This document shows positions 14,543-28,286 of a stretch of DNA of 64,000 bases, piece by piece. The stretch lies in NCBI RefSeq assembly GCF_009914755.1, contig NC_060937.1; one strand, written 5' to 3'. How positions within the stretch are numbered: the first letter of the stretch is position 1; each line of letters begins with the position of its first letter. Below the pieces are notes generated by a model that searched no databases, had not been told where the DNA came from, and saw only the letters and a program-made list of their open reading frames with translations. The DNA is from the human T2T-CHM13v2.0 reference genome, Homo sapiens. The position numbers were made by a program, and so were the translations under genes.

Positions 14543-15041
14543 TTTAGATAACCAATGTATAGTACGTTAATCGAGCTTAAATGATTGAAATTTGCATCCC
14601 AATAAATCTTACCATATAATTTATCAATACGGTCCTCTGTAGTTATATTCCAGGGCATAAAAGCACTCTCTTAAGCTATTTTTATTGGATATTTCTGTAT
14701 CATCAATGTTAACACATTTCACTTCTGTGTAGCCATTTCTGTGAAATATCACATGGCAAACATGTCATTTAAAAACTGGCTGCTGACATGTTCTGTCTAA
14801 GCCATTCTTTTTTTTCCCCAATTTGTCTTTGCCTGAAACCTCTGATAGGATGAGTCATCTTTTCAGAACATCTTTTTATCAAGGTTTTTAAGCTAATTAA
14901 TATAATAATCCCTCCTGCAAAGGTACTATGATAACTTCATAGCCAGAGTACTGGCAACAAGGCCCTTTTCTTCCTCAGCTGTGTGTGGGACCCACCTCCA
15001 GCTTCCCAGGGTCTGCACTCTGCTCTCAAATCTCTCGGAAC

Positions 15042-15150
15042 TGCTGTTCGGGTGATGGGCATCCACCAGCCAGACCTCACCACCACACAGTATGTCCGTG
15101 TAACACAATTGCACTCATAACCCCTAAATCTGTAAACATAAATAAAATGG
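15042..15150 (+). mobile_element. Severely 5'-truncated L1 (L1PB/L1MA-type 3' end) with target-site duplication
   Basis: tcgggtgatggg...gtaacacaattgcactcataacccctaaatctgtaaacataaataaaa is an L1 3' terminus, flanked by aaatctct(c/t)ggaac at 15028-15041 and 15151-15164. Confidence 0.8.
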
Positions 15151-15967
15151 AAATCTCTTGGAACCAGGCATTTCAGATTCACTCTGGGTGACTCAGGCCA
15201 TCCTTTGCAGAGCTGACCCTTGGACATATTTTGTCCTCCCCTCCCTCTATCTTTTGACCCACGTCTTGCAAGTTGAGTAAGTTAAAGGTCACTCACTTCA
15301 AACAAGCAATTTCATTTTCTTCAGATTTCCCAATCTCCACTTGGCTTCATTTCCCTTAATTCCCATATCATCTTTTATAATTATTAAGTAACCCATGCTA
15401 GCATTATTGCCTTTGATGAAAGTTTCTAAAAAATTCTTTCCTATTTACCCCAGCCTTTTCTCCCCTTTCAAAATGATCCCAAATGGAACTCTAGTTTCTT
15501 ATTTCCAGCCCCCTTCACTGAGAAGTACATACGTTAACGTATTTAGAATAATATTTTCTCCCAATAACTCGGAAGAACTTAGTAAGTTTCAATAGAGCCA
15601 CTTAGAATTGTGGCAGATGGGTATAAATGATAATCTCATAAAAGGTGAAGTGAGTTTCAAGGAGACACTGCCTACATTGACAGGAGTTTTATATTTTCTT
15701 CTCCTCCTTTCCAATGCTATTTTGCACCTAGCTTTTTCCACAATGTATTCACAGAATTTTTATGAGCCCATCTGACATTTTTATTCCCTTTGCACTATCT
15801 TATGTATTCTGCCTTCCTAGCCTTATCATTCTTCTTTGGTCTTTGTGACCTGGATTCTGGAAATACCTGCGTATTTTCCCACAATTTGAAAGCATTGCAT
15901 TTCATACAATACTCTGGACTCACTAGAGAGGTTATGAAAGCACTTCCTAGACATTTCTTTTGGGTGT

Positions 15968-16036
15968 GCTCATTCATTCATCCATTCATTCATTCTTCTA
16001 ATCATTATATATATATACACATATATACACACACAT
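15968..16036. repeat. (TTCA)n followed by a (TA)/(CA) microsatellite
   Basis: cattcattcatccattcattcatt...tatatatatacacatatatacacacacat. Confidence 0.8.
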
Positions 16037-19000
16037 CTGCAAAGTACTATGTAGTGACTTCACAGCCTTTTTAAAAAGGCTTTCCTCCCCAAGGATACCC
16101 ATTTTCCACACATAGTAAATGCTTAACAAATATGCTCCTGATTGATTTCATAACTGATTTCTTCATGGGCATTTCCTCCTCTTTTATTTTCTATGTATTC
16201 TTTGGACTTGCAAACTATGGCCACTCTTCTCCCAGCCACGCCTCTTGACAGGATCACCTTCTCCATCTGCCTAGACTGTGGGAATGTTGGGTGGGATTGC
16301 TGGGTACATATATGCTACCTTAGATGTTTCAGCAGCTCAGAGGCGTCCCACACCTCCTTTTCATTTTTCTCAAACTACAAATCATGTTTTTTCCTGTAAA
16401 ATATCTTCCCTTAATCTAGGACTATGATGAAACCCTCAGGCCCAACTTCATCTCATCTGCCCACTGTCACGGTTGGCTCCTCTGCGGAACCCAACTCAGT
16501 GCTTTGCCCGGGGTCTTCCAATTCCATATGAAGTGTTTCGAGTCGGCCACAGGTACTCTCAATGTCCTACTGTTTTTTATGTTTCTACCTACTTGGCTTT
16601 GCATGCACTTTTGGGGGGCACTTACCTAACCAATCTTTATCATATACACTGGAGCGCCCTTTCCTTTTCCAGCTATGTCTCCCTGCACATCTGATCTATT
16701 TTTGCTTCTTATGACACATACATATCAATAATCATCGCTCCCCATGGAAGGTGAGGTTTTCTGGAGTCCAGTTCCACACCTGAGGCCCTTCTCAGTGATG
16801 CTTCCCAGTACTGCTCCTCCCCACAATACGGGCTCCTTCTCTGAGCTCATGTACATAATGCTCAGGTTGGTTTCATTGTGATATCATTTCAATGACTAGT
16901 GTTTCCAGGAAGATTGTAAGCTCCTTGAATGTGCAAACCATATAATGTATTTTTTTGCTCAGTTCCCCATATCCTGAACCTGTGTTAGACACATTCAATC
17001 TATTCTTTTGGGGGGCTGGAGGACCACACACACATATAGATTATAGGAGGAAACCAAAATATGCCAAATTCTTATTACTTGTGTCTTTTCTTGCAGGGGA
17101 AAACCTCCTAGCATCAGAAACCAGCCACACAGAAGTGTTTAACAGGATTTGCTTCAGGTAGTTTTTCCCTCCCCAAGACTTCATATTTTAAGTTTTGCTG
17201 TTGTTGTTCAACTTTCTAACCAGTGCCCATTTCACAGTATTTTCTTTCATTCTCAACACTGACTTTCTTGGCACTACTATTCAGTGAGTCCCTTCTGCAG
17301 TGCTGGCCTGTCTCCCGTGGGCCTGCATCGAGAGGGCTGGCTGCCCTCCTTACTGTGGCCACTGTCTTCTCCTGGGTCTGCCAGACACCTCCAGAGAGCG
17401 TCCACGTTGCACCTGCTTTAGGTCCTGTGAACTCCAGTGTCTGCACATTACTGAATTCACTTTGATTCTCCCTTCCTGACATTCCTTTCCTGTCTTACCC
17501 TTCCTTATGAATATTTTCTGTTTCTATTGGCAATTTTCTTTTAATTTGGAGCTTACTTTTATTTCTAAATCCATTACCAAATGATGAAGTTTGCCACGTA
17601 TAAAGAACTTGGGATTCTTTAAAGTTAGTTTTTAAAATAACTAAAATACTGCAGTGGTGTTAACTTGTTCAATGAGCCAATGGGAAGCCACTGACGGTCC
17701 TTAGTTTGCTGCGTGTTTGCTCCATCTGTGCCGAACAGCACATCCAGATTTTCAGACACAACAAAAATGCACACTTGGTGCCTATTACCCAGCAATAGTC
17801 AGCCACAAGTTTCAGATAAAGGTCAAAAGTGAAATGCCTTTAGGAGTTCCCTCAAAATCTTAAAATAAAAGTCACATTCCAAACTTCATAATTCTCATGA
17901 ATACATCACAAAGTCACCATTATGCCATTGAAAACGAAAACAATTCTATGCTTGTATTACAAGAGAAAGTATTCAAAAAATGAATTATATAGAATCTTCA
18001 AGTTCTTGCTCACAAATCATGGTTTGCTTTGGCTTAGCAGCGCCGCATGGCATGGGCTTTACGTATTACACCTCTGAAGACAGAGGACAATCCCACGCCT
18101 ACATCTGCAACACCAAATTTGGTGTGTTGGTTTTATAAGTGGCCTCGAAAAATCCCCTTTTCAATAATTCTGGTAAGCCTCTTTCATCTTGGTGCTATTC
18201 TGAGAACTTGTAATCTTGCTAGTAATACATGAATATAAATGTGAAGGAGAATTTTCTTTCTTTTTTCAAGACCTAGAGCCTTTCTTATATTCTTTCAACG
18301 AACACATGTTATGAAATACATCCGAGATCTGGCTGAAGGTTTCTTACTCTAATGCTCTGCCTTTGTGTTCAATATATGCAACTATCTACTTAGATCGCCG
18401 TATTATACTTTGTTTGCTTCAGGAGTGATCCAATTCCTTTGGATCAGTAAAATATGGCTTTTCTCCTCACCCCAACCATGTGTCCCATTTTTTTAGCCAC
18501 TCGAGCATAAAAACAATTCTGCAGCTCTAAACTTTTTCAGAAAACAGAACATCCTTTGGCCAGAGAACTCAACAACATCTTTGACACCATCAACTGGCTT
18601 GTGGAAGCCACAAAACGTGGCCGGCACTCTCTCCCGTTTTCTTCTCTTGGGATAACAGCTGTAAGGAGCAACACTGTTCTGTGATGACACGACTCTGGGA
18701 AGACTAACCTCCCCCCGCCATCTCCTACAGCCAGAATTCTTATTTCCCAAAACAAAACGTGAGAAGCAGAAATACTGAGAATTTTTTAATGTTCCAAAAA
18801 GTACTCTGTGCTCCTTGAAGGACATTTTCTGACATTATTTCAAAATACTTTATGAACAGTAATTAATTCTTGAGAAGGACCAAAGGAGAACCCAGATGTG
18901 CCATAAGCCAAAAACAGCCAGATCATTCACAAACTGCAGTGAAGGGAAAGAGAAGAGGAAGTGGTTACCTGCTGCAATATAGAGAGAAAATGTTTAAAAA

Positions 19001-19654
19001 AAACAGTAGGAAGCTTAGATTTCCACTATGGGGGCTCACACAGAAACTCAATTTCATCAAAAATCTATAAATTAAGTAATTAAGAAGACTAGTCAAGATT
19101 TGGGTAGACCCTTGATCAAAGAGTAAAGTCTTACCCACTTTACCTCCACTATCTGAAATAATTAGTACCTCTCAGCCAATGAATTTTCACAAAATAAGGG
19201 ACTCTTCTTCTAATGGTATGGCCGTTTACCAATCTGGCAGGAACATCAATTCCCCTCTCACATTTTAGTAAACTTACTCAACCCATCTGTTTCTCTGCCC
19301 TTCAGAGAGTCGGCACACAGTTCTGTGGATGTTTTCTGCAAAAGGCCCTGACATCTACAGTTTCTTTCGCATTCCCCTGGCCACCTTCCCTGCTCAGATC
19401 TCCATCAGTTTATGCCTGAAACACAACAGCTCCCTTCAGTTTTCCTGGCTGCGTGTCCTCGCCTCACCTTAGGGCCTGCTTACCATTATCCACCTAGTCT
19501 TACTTAAGAGGATTCTCCCCAGCAAAGACCCTTGGTCACAAATCACCAATTACTCACCAGTTTCTAGTGTATAAAACTTTTACAATTTGACCTCTCTCCC
19601 CTTGTCAGAATTCCCTACCAATGCTGGAGAGGTGGCATATCAATGTCAATATTG

Positions 19655-19835
19655 TAAACTTGGATTCAGACAGACCTGAGTTTGAATACTAGTGGAGAAA
19701 AGTCCTTGACCTTTTGTTTTCTCATCAATAAAATGGGAGTAAGACAACCCACCTCACACTGTCATTGCGCAGACTGTGGGGGACTCATGTAGAGTACTGG
19801 CACATCAAGGGAAGCTGGTGGTGACTCTTAGGTAT
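19655..19835 (+). mobile_element. MIR
   Basis: ttggattcagacagacctgagtttgaat...gttttctcatcaataaaatggga is a MIR 5' end plus core. Confidence 0.7.
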
Positions 19836-20954
19836 TATCACTTTCCTACTCATGCTGTGCATTCTAAGCTGTTCATTGTGTCTCCTCAATGCCATCTTCA
19901 TCCCTACTGTACCTTCCCTGGCATGGCTGCATCCACGCAAGTCACCCTGTCCTCACTTCCAATGCACATCCTTTAGATTAGCAATGGCAAGCTGGTTTCA
20001 ACTCAAGTGTCAATTCCTACCAGTCAAGGATGGCTGCAGGAGCTCTGAATTGGGGAGAATTTTGAGGCCCTGCCAAGGTCATTGAGATGAAGTGCTCTCA
20101 CATAACTGTGTGTCCTACCCTGGGACATGGCTTCTCCAAGCACAGGGTCTGTACCCTGAAGTATATGTCCCTGAATGGCATCCCTGCTGTGCCTACTGAT
20201 TCTCCTGACCTGTTTTGGGGCACCTGTGTTGGCTTCCAGGGATCATGAACTCTTTATTTAAGTATTCACAAGCTTTCTGTCAAAAAAAATCAATTTGGAA
20301 ATATAATTGTCCATGCTAAGTTCACTGATATGTGATTTCTGGAATTCAATTTTGTTCTTTCGTGGCCATCGGAACATTGCCCTCTCCAATCTTCCTGCAT
20401 GTCTCCACATTTCAAAATCAAAATGAGCCAGTGATCCCAGTCGCTTCCAGGTGCCCCTGAGGCCCTGGGGCCTCACCTCCAAGCATAAAGGCTTCAGTTA
20501 GTTTTAAGCAATTGCATGGTATCTTTCTCTCTTTGCCTTGCCTGTGATTCAGTTCTCTCCTTACCATGTTTTATTTAGTGTTCCCAGTTTGAAGGATGTT
20601 CAGTTCTTCATAGGAAAGACAGAGACTGAAGAGTAATTACTTGATTCTCTCTGTCATCAAATAATATAATATGTTCAGAAAAGACGAGTCATCGAATCAG
20701 AGATTTCAGGAAAAGAGAGGTTCAAGAAAATAAAGAATAATGTAGACTAGAAAATTTTATGTCAGCAGCTAGTTTTTAAATCATACATTTGCTTTTTGAC
20801 ATTGAATAGAAGTGGCTAATAAGCCAAATGTGAAATGTGTTGATGTCACTAATGTAGGGAGATGAGAATGTGAGCCGTGCCCAAGCCATGATGTAAACTC
20901 ACTAAGAACAGCAAGAATACAAAGGGAAGGGCCAAGGTGTCTGGGCGCCCCATA

Positions 20955-21155
20955 GGCACACGCACACTCTCACGCACACACACGCACATGTGCACCTGCA
21001 CACACCTTTCTGTGTATACAGACATCTGCATATGCAGACACATGCATACACTCCCTCACATACAGGCACACATATGAACACAATGCACACTCAGGCACAT
21101 GCACACAGGCATGTGCATGCTCTCACACTCATGCACACACCCACACATGCACATC
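20955..21155. repeat. Degenerate (CA)n simple repeat
   Basis: ~200 bp of CA-rich imperfect dinucleotide repeat. Confidence 0.9.
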
Positions 21156-21420
21156 AAAGTTTCCCTCAAAGACTGCCTGCCATCTGTGAGCTCATCTGGG
21201 GCTCACCATGCCCAGGTCCCACCATACTAAGCCAGGCCTTATGCTGGTGGGGTGAGCTTGGACAGCAGCAGTGGGTGGCATTTGGGGGGTTATTTTTCAT
21301 GACCCTGAAGACTTTAGTCACTGTGGCTGGGCTGGCAAAGCTGTCACATGTCGACAGGATGGGAGATGAGGTGGCAAAAGCTCTCCCTCCAGCCCAAGGA
21401 ACAGCGCTGTATGACAGTGG

Positions 21421-21514
21421 TGGCCACAGGCCAGGAGCCTTCAGCAAAGGGTCTGTCCGGTGATGGCCACAGGCCAGGAGCCTTCAGCAAAGGGTCCTTC
21501 AGCAAAGGGTCTGT
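21421..21514. repeat. 43-bp tandem duplication with a nested 15-bp duplication
   Basis: tggccacaggccaggagccttcagcaaagggtc at 21421 and 21464; cttcagcaaagggtc repeated again at 21497. Confidence 0.9.
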
Positions 21515-22949
21515 AGGTCAGGCCACCAACGGGCAGGGATCCCACAGAGCGTGCACCTGGATGCTGTGGTGCAGGTGGAAACACACAGCTCTCAATTTCA
21601 CACCCAGACAGGATGTGCTCCCCCAGGTAGAATCATCTAAAAAGAGGCTGCTAAATTTCACCCCTCTCCTCCTGGAAGTTTTCTTAGTGTCTCTCTAACT
21701 TAAACATCTGTCACAAGCAGAGCTAAGCTGGGAGGAAAGCCCAAATTCTGGAATCTGGGAACCCACAAGCCACAAGCATCTCTCTAACATCTGACTAATG
21801 TGACCCCCACAGCTTTTAAATTATAGGTGTTGATTTTGGGGGCTGGAGGCATAATCCCGAAATCAGTAAGCATGATTTGGAAGCTGCAGAGGTCTTTTGG
21901 TTTTAACGTCTTGAGAAGTCAACATGATATCCTAATATTAGCCTTCAGTCCCTTAAGAAATAGAAAAATCTAATGCACACGCTTCAAGAATGTAGAAGTA
22001 GAAAGCCATCATTTTTCACCGATTTTTGTGCAAAACACATGGAGAAGTAGCACATGATTAATGAATACTAACTTCCTAACACAGATAGAGCAAGCAAAAT
22101 ATATTCCCCATAGCTGTCTTCTTTTTGTAAAAGGCCTTTTTAATGAGCAGAAACATGGCTTCATCCTCATGATATGAAAAAGAGAGGCTCGAATGGGCTT
22201 AGTATTCACCTAATCAGAACAGTAAGGCAAATGCTGATGGAGATTACCATCTCCTGAACATCTGAAAAGAAGATGCAACCCTTGACTGTAGCTAATACTT
22301 TCTGCCTATTTCATCTCCAAGAGAAATGAACAGTGACAAGTGCCAGACAATGTGCTGTGGCCAGGAAGATAAGCCTAGAGATGACACCGTCCCTGCCCTT
22401 GGGAAAGCTGATGGTGTGGTCTAAAGGCTATGTCAGAATAATTCCATTACAAGGCAATGGCCCTTTCTGTAGCGAGGCACATGCCCACAGCAGCACAGGG
22501 GATGGCCGTCAGTCTGGGCTGAGGCTTTCAGGGAAAGAACACTCTGAGCAGTGTTTGGATCTTTTCATGTTTAAAATGTAACCAATAGATCAATTTTCTA
22601 ACATGAGTTATTTTCAAAATGAAAGACTAGGGCACTAGCCAGAAGTATTTTTATTAAAATGTTGAAGCCAGGAAGCATCGATTTTCCATTGGAAATGCAC
22701 ATTCCAAAAACGTGAATCTACAATGGTGAAGAAATAGGATGGGCTCTTACGTGTGCTGCGGAATCCCATGCATATTTCCTCACCCTGTGGGCCTCACTCA
22801 CTGGGACTGTCTCCGTGAATCCGTGAATACAGAGTTTTGGCTCTGCCTTTGTACCTTACACATTTAGGAACAGCAGCCCTTAGTAAGCGTCTGTCTTCTG
22901 CAGTGGAAATACTACCACTCATAATAAATCAGCACTTGAGCTAAGCTAC

Positions 22950-23390
22950 TGTGATTGTTAGTTTTATGTGTCACCTTGCCTGGGCCATGGGATGCCCAGA
23001 TATCTGGTGAAACGGTATTTCTGGGTGGGTCTGTGAGGTGTTTCTGCATGAGATGAACATTTGAACTGGTGCACTGAGTAAAGCAGAACCATCCTCCCCA
23101 GAGTAGGCTGGTCTCACTCAAGCCATTGAGAGCCTGAACAAAACCAAAAAGCAGAAGGAGGTTGTATTAGCGCTCCCTGACATTTTCCTTCTCCTGCCCC
23201 TGGTGCTCCCAGTTCTCAGGACTTCAGGCCATACCATCGCTTTCCCAGTTCCACAGCTTGTAGACAGCACACTGTGGGACCTCTCAGCCCCCATGGTCAT
23301 GTGTGAGTCAAGACCTTATAATAAATCCTTATATCTCTATAAACTATCTGGATGTATTGGTACCTTTTCTCTGGGAAAACTGACTCAGAG
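22950..23390 (+). mobile_element. MLT2-type ERVL solo LTR
   Basis: Starts tgtgattgttagttttatgtgtcaccttgcctgggccatgggatgcccagatatctggt; aataaa near 23320; ends near ...ctctgggaaaactgact. Confidence 0.85.
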
Positions 23391-25341
23391 CTACTACTCG
23401 ATGACCACATCCCCTGTCCAAAGCCTTGGTTAGACCCTCTGGAAATGGGACCCCGTTTAATTTTTGCCCCAGATTCTCATAGTGCAGAGGGCAAAGGTGC
23501 AACATCGGCTCCCTGATATGAGTGAGCTATGAGTCTGGAGAGGCCTGGAAGGAGGGAAAGGACTGGATACGGGAATGCCCTAAGGAGAAACTGCCATGGA
23601 GGGGCAATACTGACAAGACCAAGAACGACCAAGGACAGCATTGGCTCAAAGGCTGCAGCTGCAGATTCAGGGTACACTGAAGCCAGTGGGACTCAGCCAC
23701 TTGACACTGGAGGGGAAATGGGGGCTTGGGATCACACCCAGGCCAATAACCATCTGGTTTATTCACATGAGGGTGCTGAACACTCGAAGCTCCTGAGGGT
23801 GGCTGCAGGCAGAGTAGGAGGGCTGAGCAGGCTAAAGGGAGAGATGGCCATGCCTGGAGGGGCCCGCTGTCCGGTCAGGCCCAGACAGGAGCCTCAGGGT
23901 CCAGAGCCTTGTGTGGCATTCAGATTGTGTGGGGGAGAGAGGCAGAAGTATCATGCCAAGAAATCCATTCCTGGAAGAGGAGGAACAGTTCCCAGGAAAA
24001 TGGGGCTGAGGCAGTAAGACCACCAGCTGGGATACAGAGGAGCCGCCTATAGGGACAGAGAAATCCTAGGCACCCCGGAGTGCCAGAAAGGCGGTGGGTT
24101 ACTTCGTGGGGCACTGAGATTGGCTGAAGCTGTATTCCCAGATCCCAAAGGTGAACAAACCATGAGCCCCGGCTCTGCAGCCCTGCTGGCCTCGCAGAGA
24201 GGCAGCTTGCATTACATGGATGCCTGGACTCAGGCAAGACCAGCAGAAGATCCCAAATGCTCACTTTTCCCAAGTCCACACGATAAACAGTGTGTGCTTC
24301 TGACTGTGTCCCAAGCTACTTGACACCTCCACTAAACCCAAAGAGTTAAACAGAATTCGTTTCTGGGAAGAATTCCACTTTGCATTCTGCTACATTAGTT
24401 CAAAGCTCTTCTTCGAAACAAGTTTGGAAACGACACAAAACTCCAGAAAATTCAGGAGTGGCATTTGGAAAACCTGAGGCTGAGGGTGGAGAATGGCCCA
24501 CAGAGATGCTGTTTGTCTTGTCTTTCTTCACACAGAGGCCACCCACCTAGGAAGAGGCAGGAGAGGCCCCGGGCACCCCAGGTGTAGACATGAGGGCTGC
24601 AAGGCCAAGCCACAGGGCACTGGACATGCAGAGACGCACTTTTCCCCACTATGTGTCAGAGGGAAGGAACGCCCTCATTTGCTCTTATTCAGCCATTCAA
24701 CAATAGTAACAGAATTCCTTTAGGCCGCATGACATCTCAGGGGCAAGCCAGACAGCCTGCCGTCCCCACCCTAAAGCCCGAGGCCAGCCACTCAGATATC
24801 TAGTCTAAATGGCTGCACACAGCTGCAAATCTAAATACTCCCCTACTTCGTGCCCACAAAGGATCCAGTCCTATTAATATCTTATCTTTGTGAAGTTCCC
24901 GGTTCCTCTCTAAACAAGAAGCACCACCACAGCCAAGACTCGGTTTTTCCATTGGAACATGGAATGAAATGAAGTGAGTTTACATTTGGGGCTCTCATTG
25001 TATCGGATGAACTCTTCTCTAAAGGTCAGAAGGCCGGGCATCATGAGCTGTCACTTGAGCAGAATGCTCACCCTGCTGTGAGACCCAGAAAGAAGCCGGC
25101 ACGTCCTTGAGCGCCGTACAGTGGGATGGCCTTGCCTGGGCGGCTGTCTGGGGCTCAAGGACATGAAGTTGAAAATCACACACACTTCCAATCTATATAC
25201 AAGGAGGAAGCACATGAGAGCCCAACACTGGTGTTTCCAAGAGAAACGTTTCCTTTCAGGGGCTAATGCAGGCGCTACAATACCTGCAGCACAGGAAGCA
25301 CAAACTATTTTCAGACTCAGAAGAGAGCCGTTCAAGTGGTG

Positions 25342-25425
25342 GCAATGCCACCAATAGGGAGTATCTCATCAATTGTCTTTGGTGAGGAAACGCTGACAAC
25401 AGACCAAGAAATTGGTGAATTCAAG
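25342..25425 (+). repeat. Left arm of an 84-bp long-range inverted repeat
   Basis: 71/84 identical, with no gaps, to the reverse complement of 26984-27067 (hand alignment). Confidence 0.93.
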
Positions 25426-25435
25426 AAGCCTGAGT

Positions 25436-25765
<330 letters not shown>

Positions 25766-26217
25766 AAGCCTGAGCGCAGCCTTGAATCGCTGCTACTATG
25801 AGCCTTGAAACTCAGCTTTGATCTTGCTGGTAAAATAGCAAAATGTGAAAAGAGAGACTCCTATTGCCACTATAGAAAAATCCATGGCTCAGGAGATCAG
25901 CATAATTTTGTCTCTTGCAACCAAAATGTCTATTTTAAGGATTATCTAACCACAGGGTAGAGCAACTGACAGAATTGTTCCCACTTCACTATATCTATTT
26001 TTATTTAGTATATGTATTTTCTTTGCACAGACAAAAATCAAAAATCACAAAAATGTATGTCATTTGAAATGAAATAATGAACACTGATTAACCCTGACAA
26101 TTTGAGCATAACAGACTGATTTTCCATTCTTATCCCTCCCATGTCCTTGTGTAAAACCCTGGACAGGTTGTTGAAATGCCTCAAGCCTCGGGAGCTACCT
26201 GTAAATGATGGGTGTCA

Positions 26218-26521
<304 letters not shown>

Positions 26522-26983
26522 TCACAGGCCTAGCCCTTCAGTGGAGAGGAGAGGACAGAGTGGACTAAGGTCAGTGAGTATCTGGGGAGAGCAATGGCTT
26601 CCATTCCAGATCTCCTCATTTTGGCGAGTGCTGGATTCCTAAGTTCTCCTGGATGGAAGAGGGGATTTTGATCTCAAAGAACAGGGTCTGAATGGCCCCG
26701 CACCTAAGCCTGGAGGTAGAGGGCTGGAGTGATGAGTTCCAGCTCTAGCACGATCCAGGCCGGGGTGCCATCCACTGCCGCGACCAAGAGGAGACCCTTC
26801 CCAAGGCAAAAGAACAGCTTCCCTCTTCTCCAGCATCTCTGGCTCCTCATCACCTTGCAATCAACTCGTTCCTGTGAGGGGACAAGGCCCTGCGCACCCA
26901 CCCTGACCCCCTGCCCATCCCCCACTGCTCCAGGCAGCCCTGTTACTATTCCTGTCTACCTTCTCAGGAAGCTCTTTGCAGGC

Positions 26984-27067
26984 CTTGAGTTCACCGATTT
27001 CTTGGTCAGTTGTCAGTGTTTCCTCACCCAAGACAACGGATGAGATACTCCAAGTCGGTGCCCTTGC
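26984..27067 (-). repeat. Right arm of the 84-bp long-range inverted repeat
   Basis: Reverse complement aligns to 25342-25425 without gaps. Confidence 0.93.
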
Positions 27068-28139
27068 AGGTTCGTCCTTCACAGAATATGTAAAGAGTTC
27101 AACATGTTAGACGTTACACTGCAAATTACGCTATCTGTATTTTGGGTTAAAGTCCAAAAGCGCATAGAGAATACCCACAGCCACCTTCAGGGCTAAATAC
27201 CAACATCTCAGGTTCCTGATGCATGGAAAACTCAAGAAGAAATGGAACATGAGATGCTCCGGATCCCAGGCTGCTCCTCAAGGTGGCTGGCACGGACCAC
27301 CGCTTCTTCCTCTGTCTTCCAACAGAAACATGTTCTGCCCCCAGTGGACAGATCCCAGAGACGGAATGAGGGTCAGCGCTTCACCCACATCCTCATGGAG
27401 GACAAGCAGGTGGGTTTTAAGGCCCCTGGGAAGTAAAAATAGAGGGTCTGCTTCTGAAAAGGGGCGTGAAGGGAAGGGTTGGCTGAAAGGATGCTGCCGG
27501 GGGGCACAGCACCCTCGCAGGGGCGTCACTCCTTCCAAAGGTGACTCGGTGCTATTCTAAACAGAAGAGTCCTGTTTCATGTTCGGTAATTTTGACATGC
27601 TGCTGTGTAGGTTTTGTCATCTTTTCCTCTTAATTAAAGCCTAGTTGAAGGCCTTTTAAAGTTCATTTTCCTGGTTAGACAACAAGTGCGAACACACTAA
27701 GCTACACAGACACACGTGAGCGCGTTGCAAGCTAACAAGCGCTCGGCAGGCGGCTTCTGGGATTTTGATTTCCAGACTCCCCAGAGGGAACACAATCTGT
27801 GCAGCATTCGTTTTATCATTAACATGTCCTTGCACTGTTTAAATTTTATGTCCAAGTCATAATTTCTTTTATGATTTACCCTCTTAATCAGTACATCTAA
27901 TGACCACCATGCTTACACTACACTCAAGATTCCCTTAAAAGGTTACAAACCCATAGCATTCCTTCCACAGGCTCCTCCGGCTTCCTCGATCCTTCCTTCC
28001 CTTTGGACTCTAGCTTCACTCGCAAACTACTCATCAACCACCCCAGGTGACCAAAATCTCTGGGCACTCACCCTGGAGTCACCTCCAGCTCATCATCCCT
28101 GTCCACACCTCCACCAGACCCACTCTCCACCCCACTTTT

Positions 28140-28286
28140 ATTTTAGTTTTTATTTTGTTTTACATTTTAAAGCTTAGCAAGTGAAGCTTGGGTGCACGAG
28201 AGCAAGTGGGGACTGGAAAAGGAACAAAGAAATCTATAACTGGTTGTGATCAATGATCTGTCAATATCACTGCATTTGGACCAGCC
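28140..28286 (-). pseudogene. Y3 RNA (RNY3) retropseudogene with degenerate poly(A) tail
   Basis: Minus strand reads ggctggtccaaatgcagtgatattgacagatcattgatcacaaccagttatagatttctttgttcc...gcttcacttgctaagcttt, closely matching hY3. A-rich tail at 28140-28168; cactttt occurs on both flanks (TSD). Confidence 0.92.

Noticed and set aside
20849-21463. His/Thr- and Cys/Val-rich ORFs
   Set aside because: Translations of the CA/TG repeat; the same applies to 53998-54643 and 58339-58674.
25381-25430. Resemblance of LTTDQEIGEFK to the calmodulin N-terminus (LTEEQIAEFK)
   Set aside because: Needs a gap, is too short, and no EF-hand follows; not enough to call a pseudogene.
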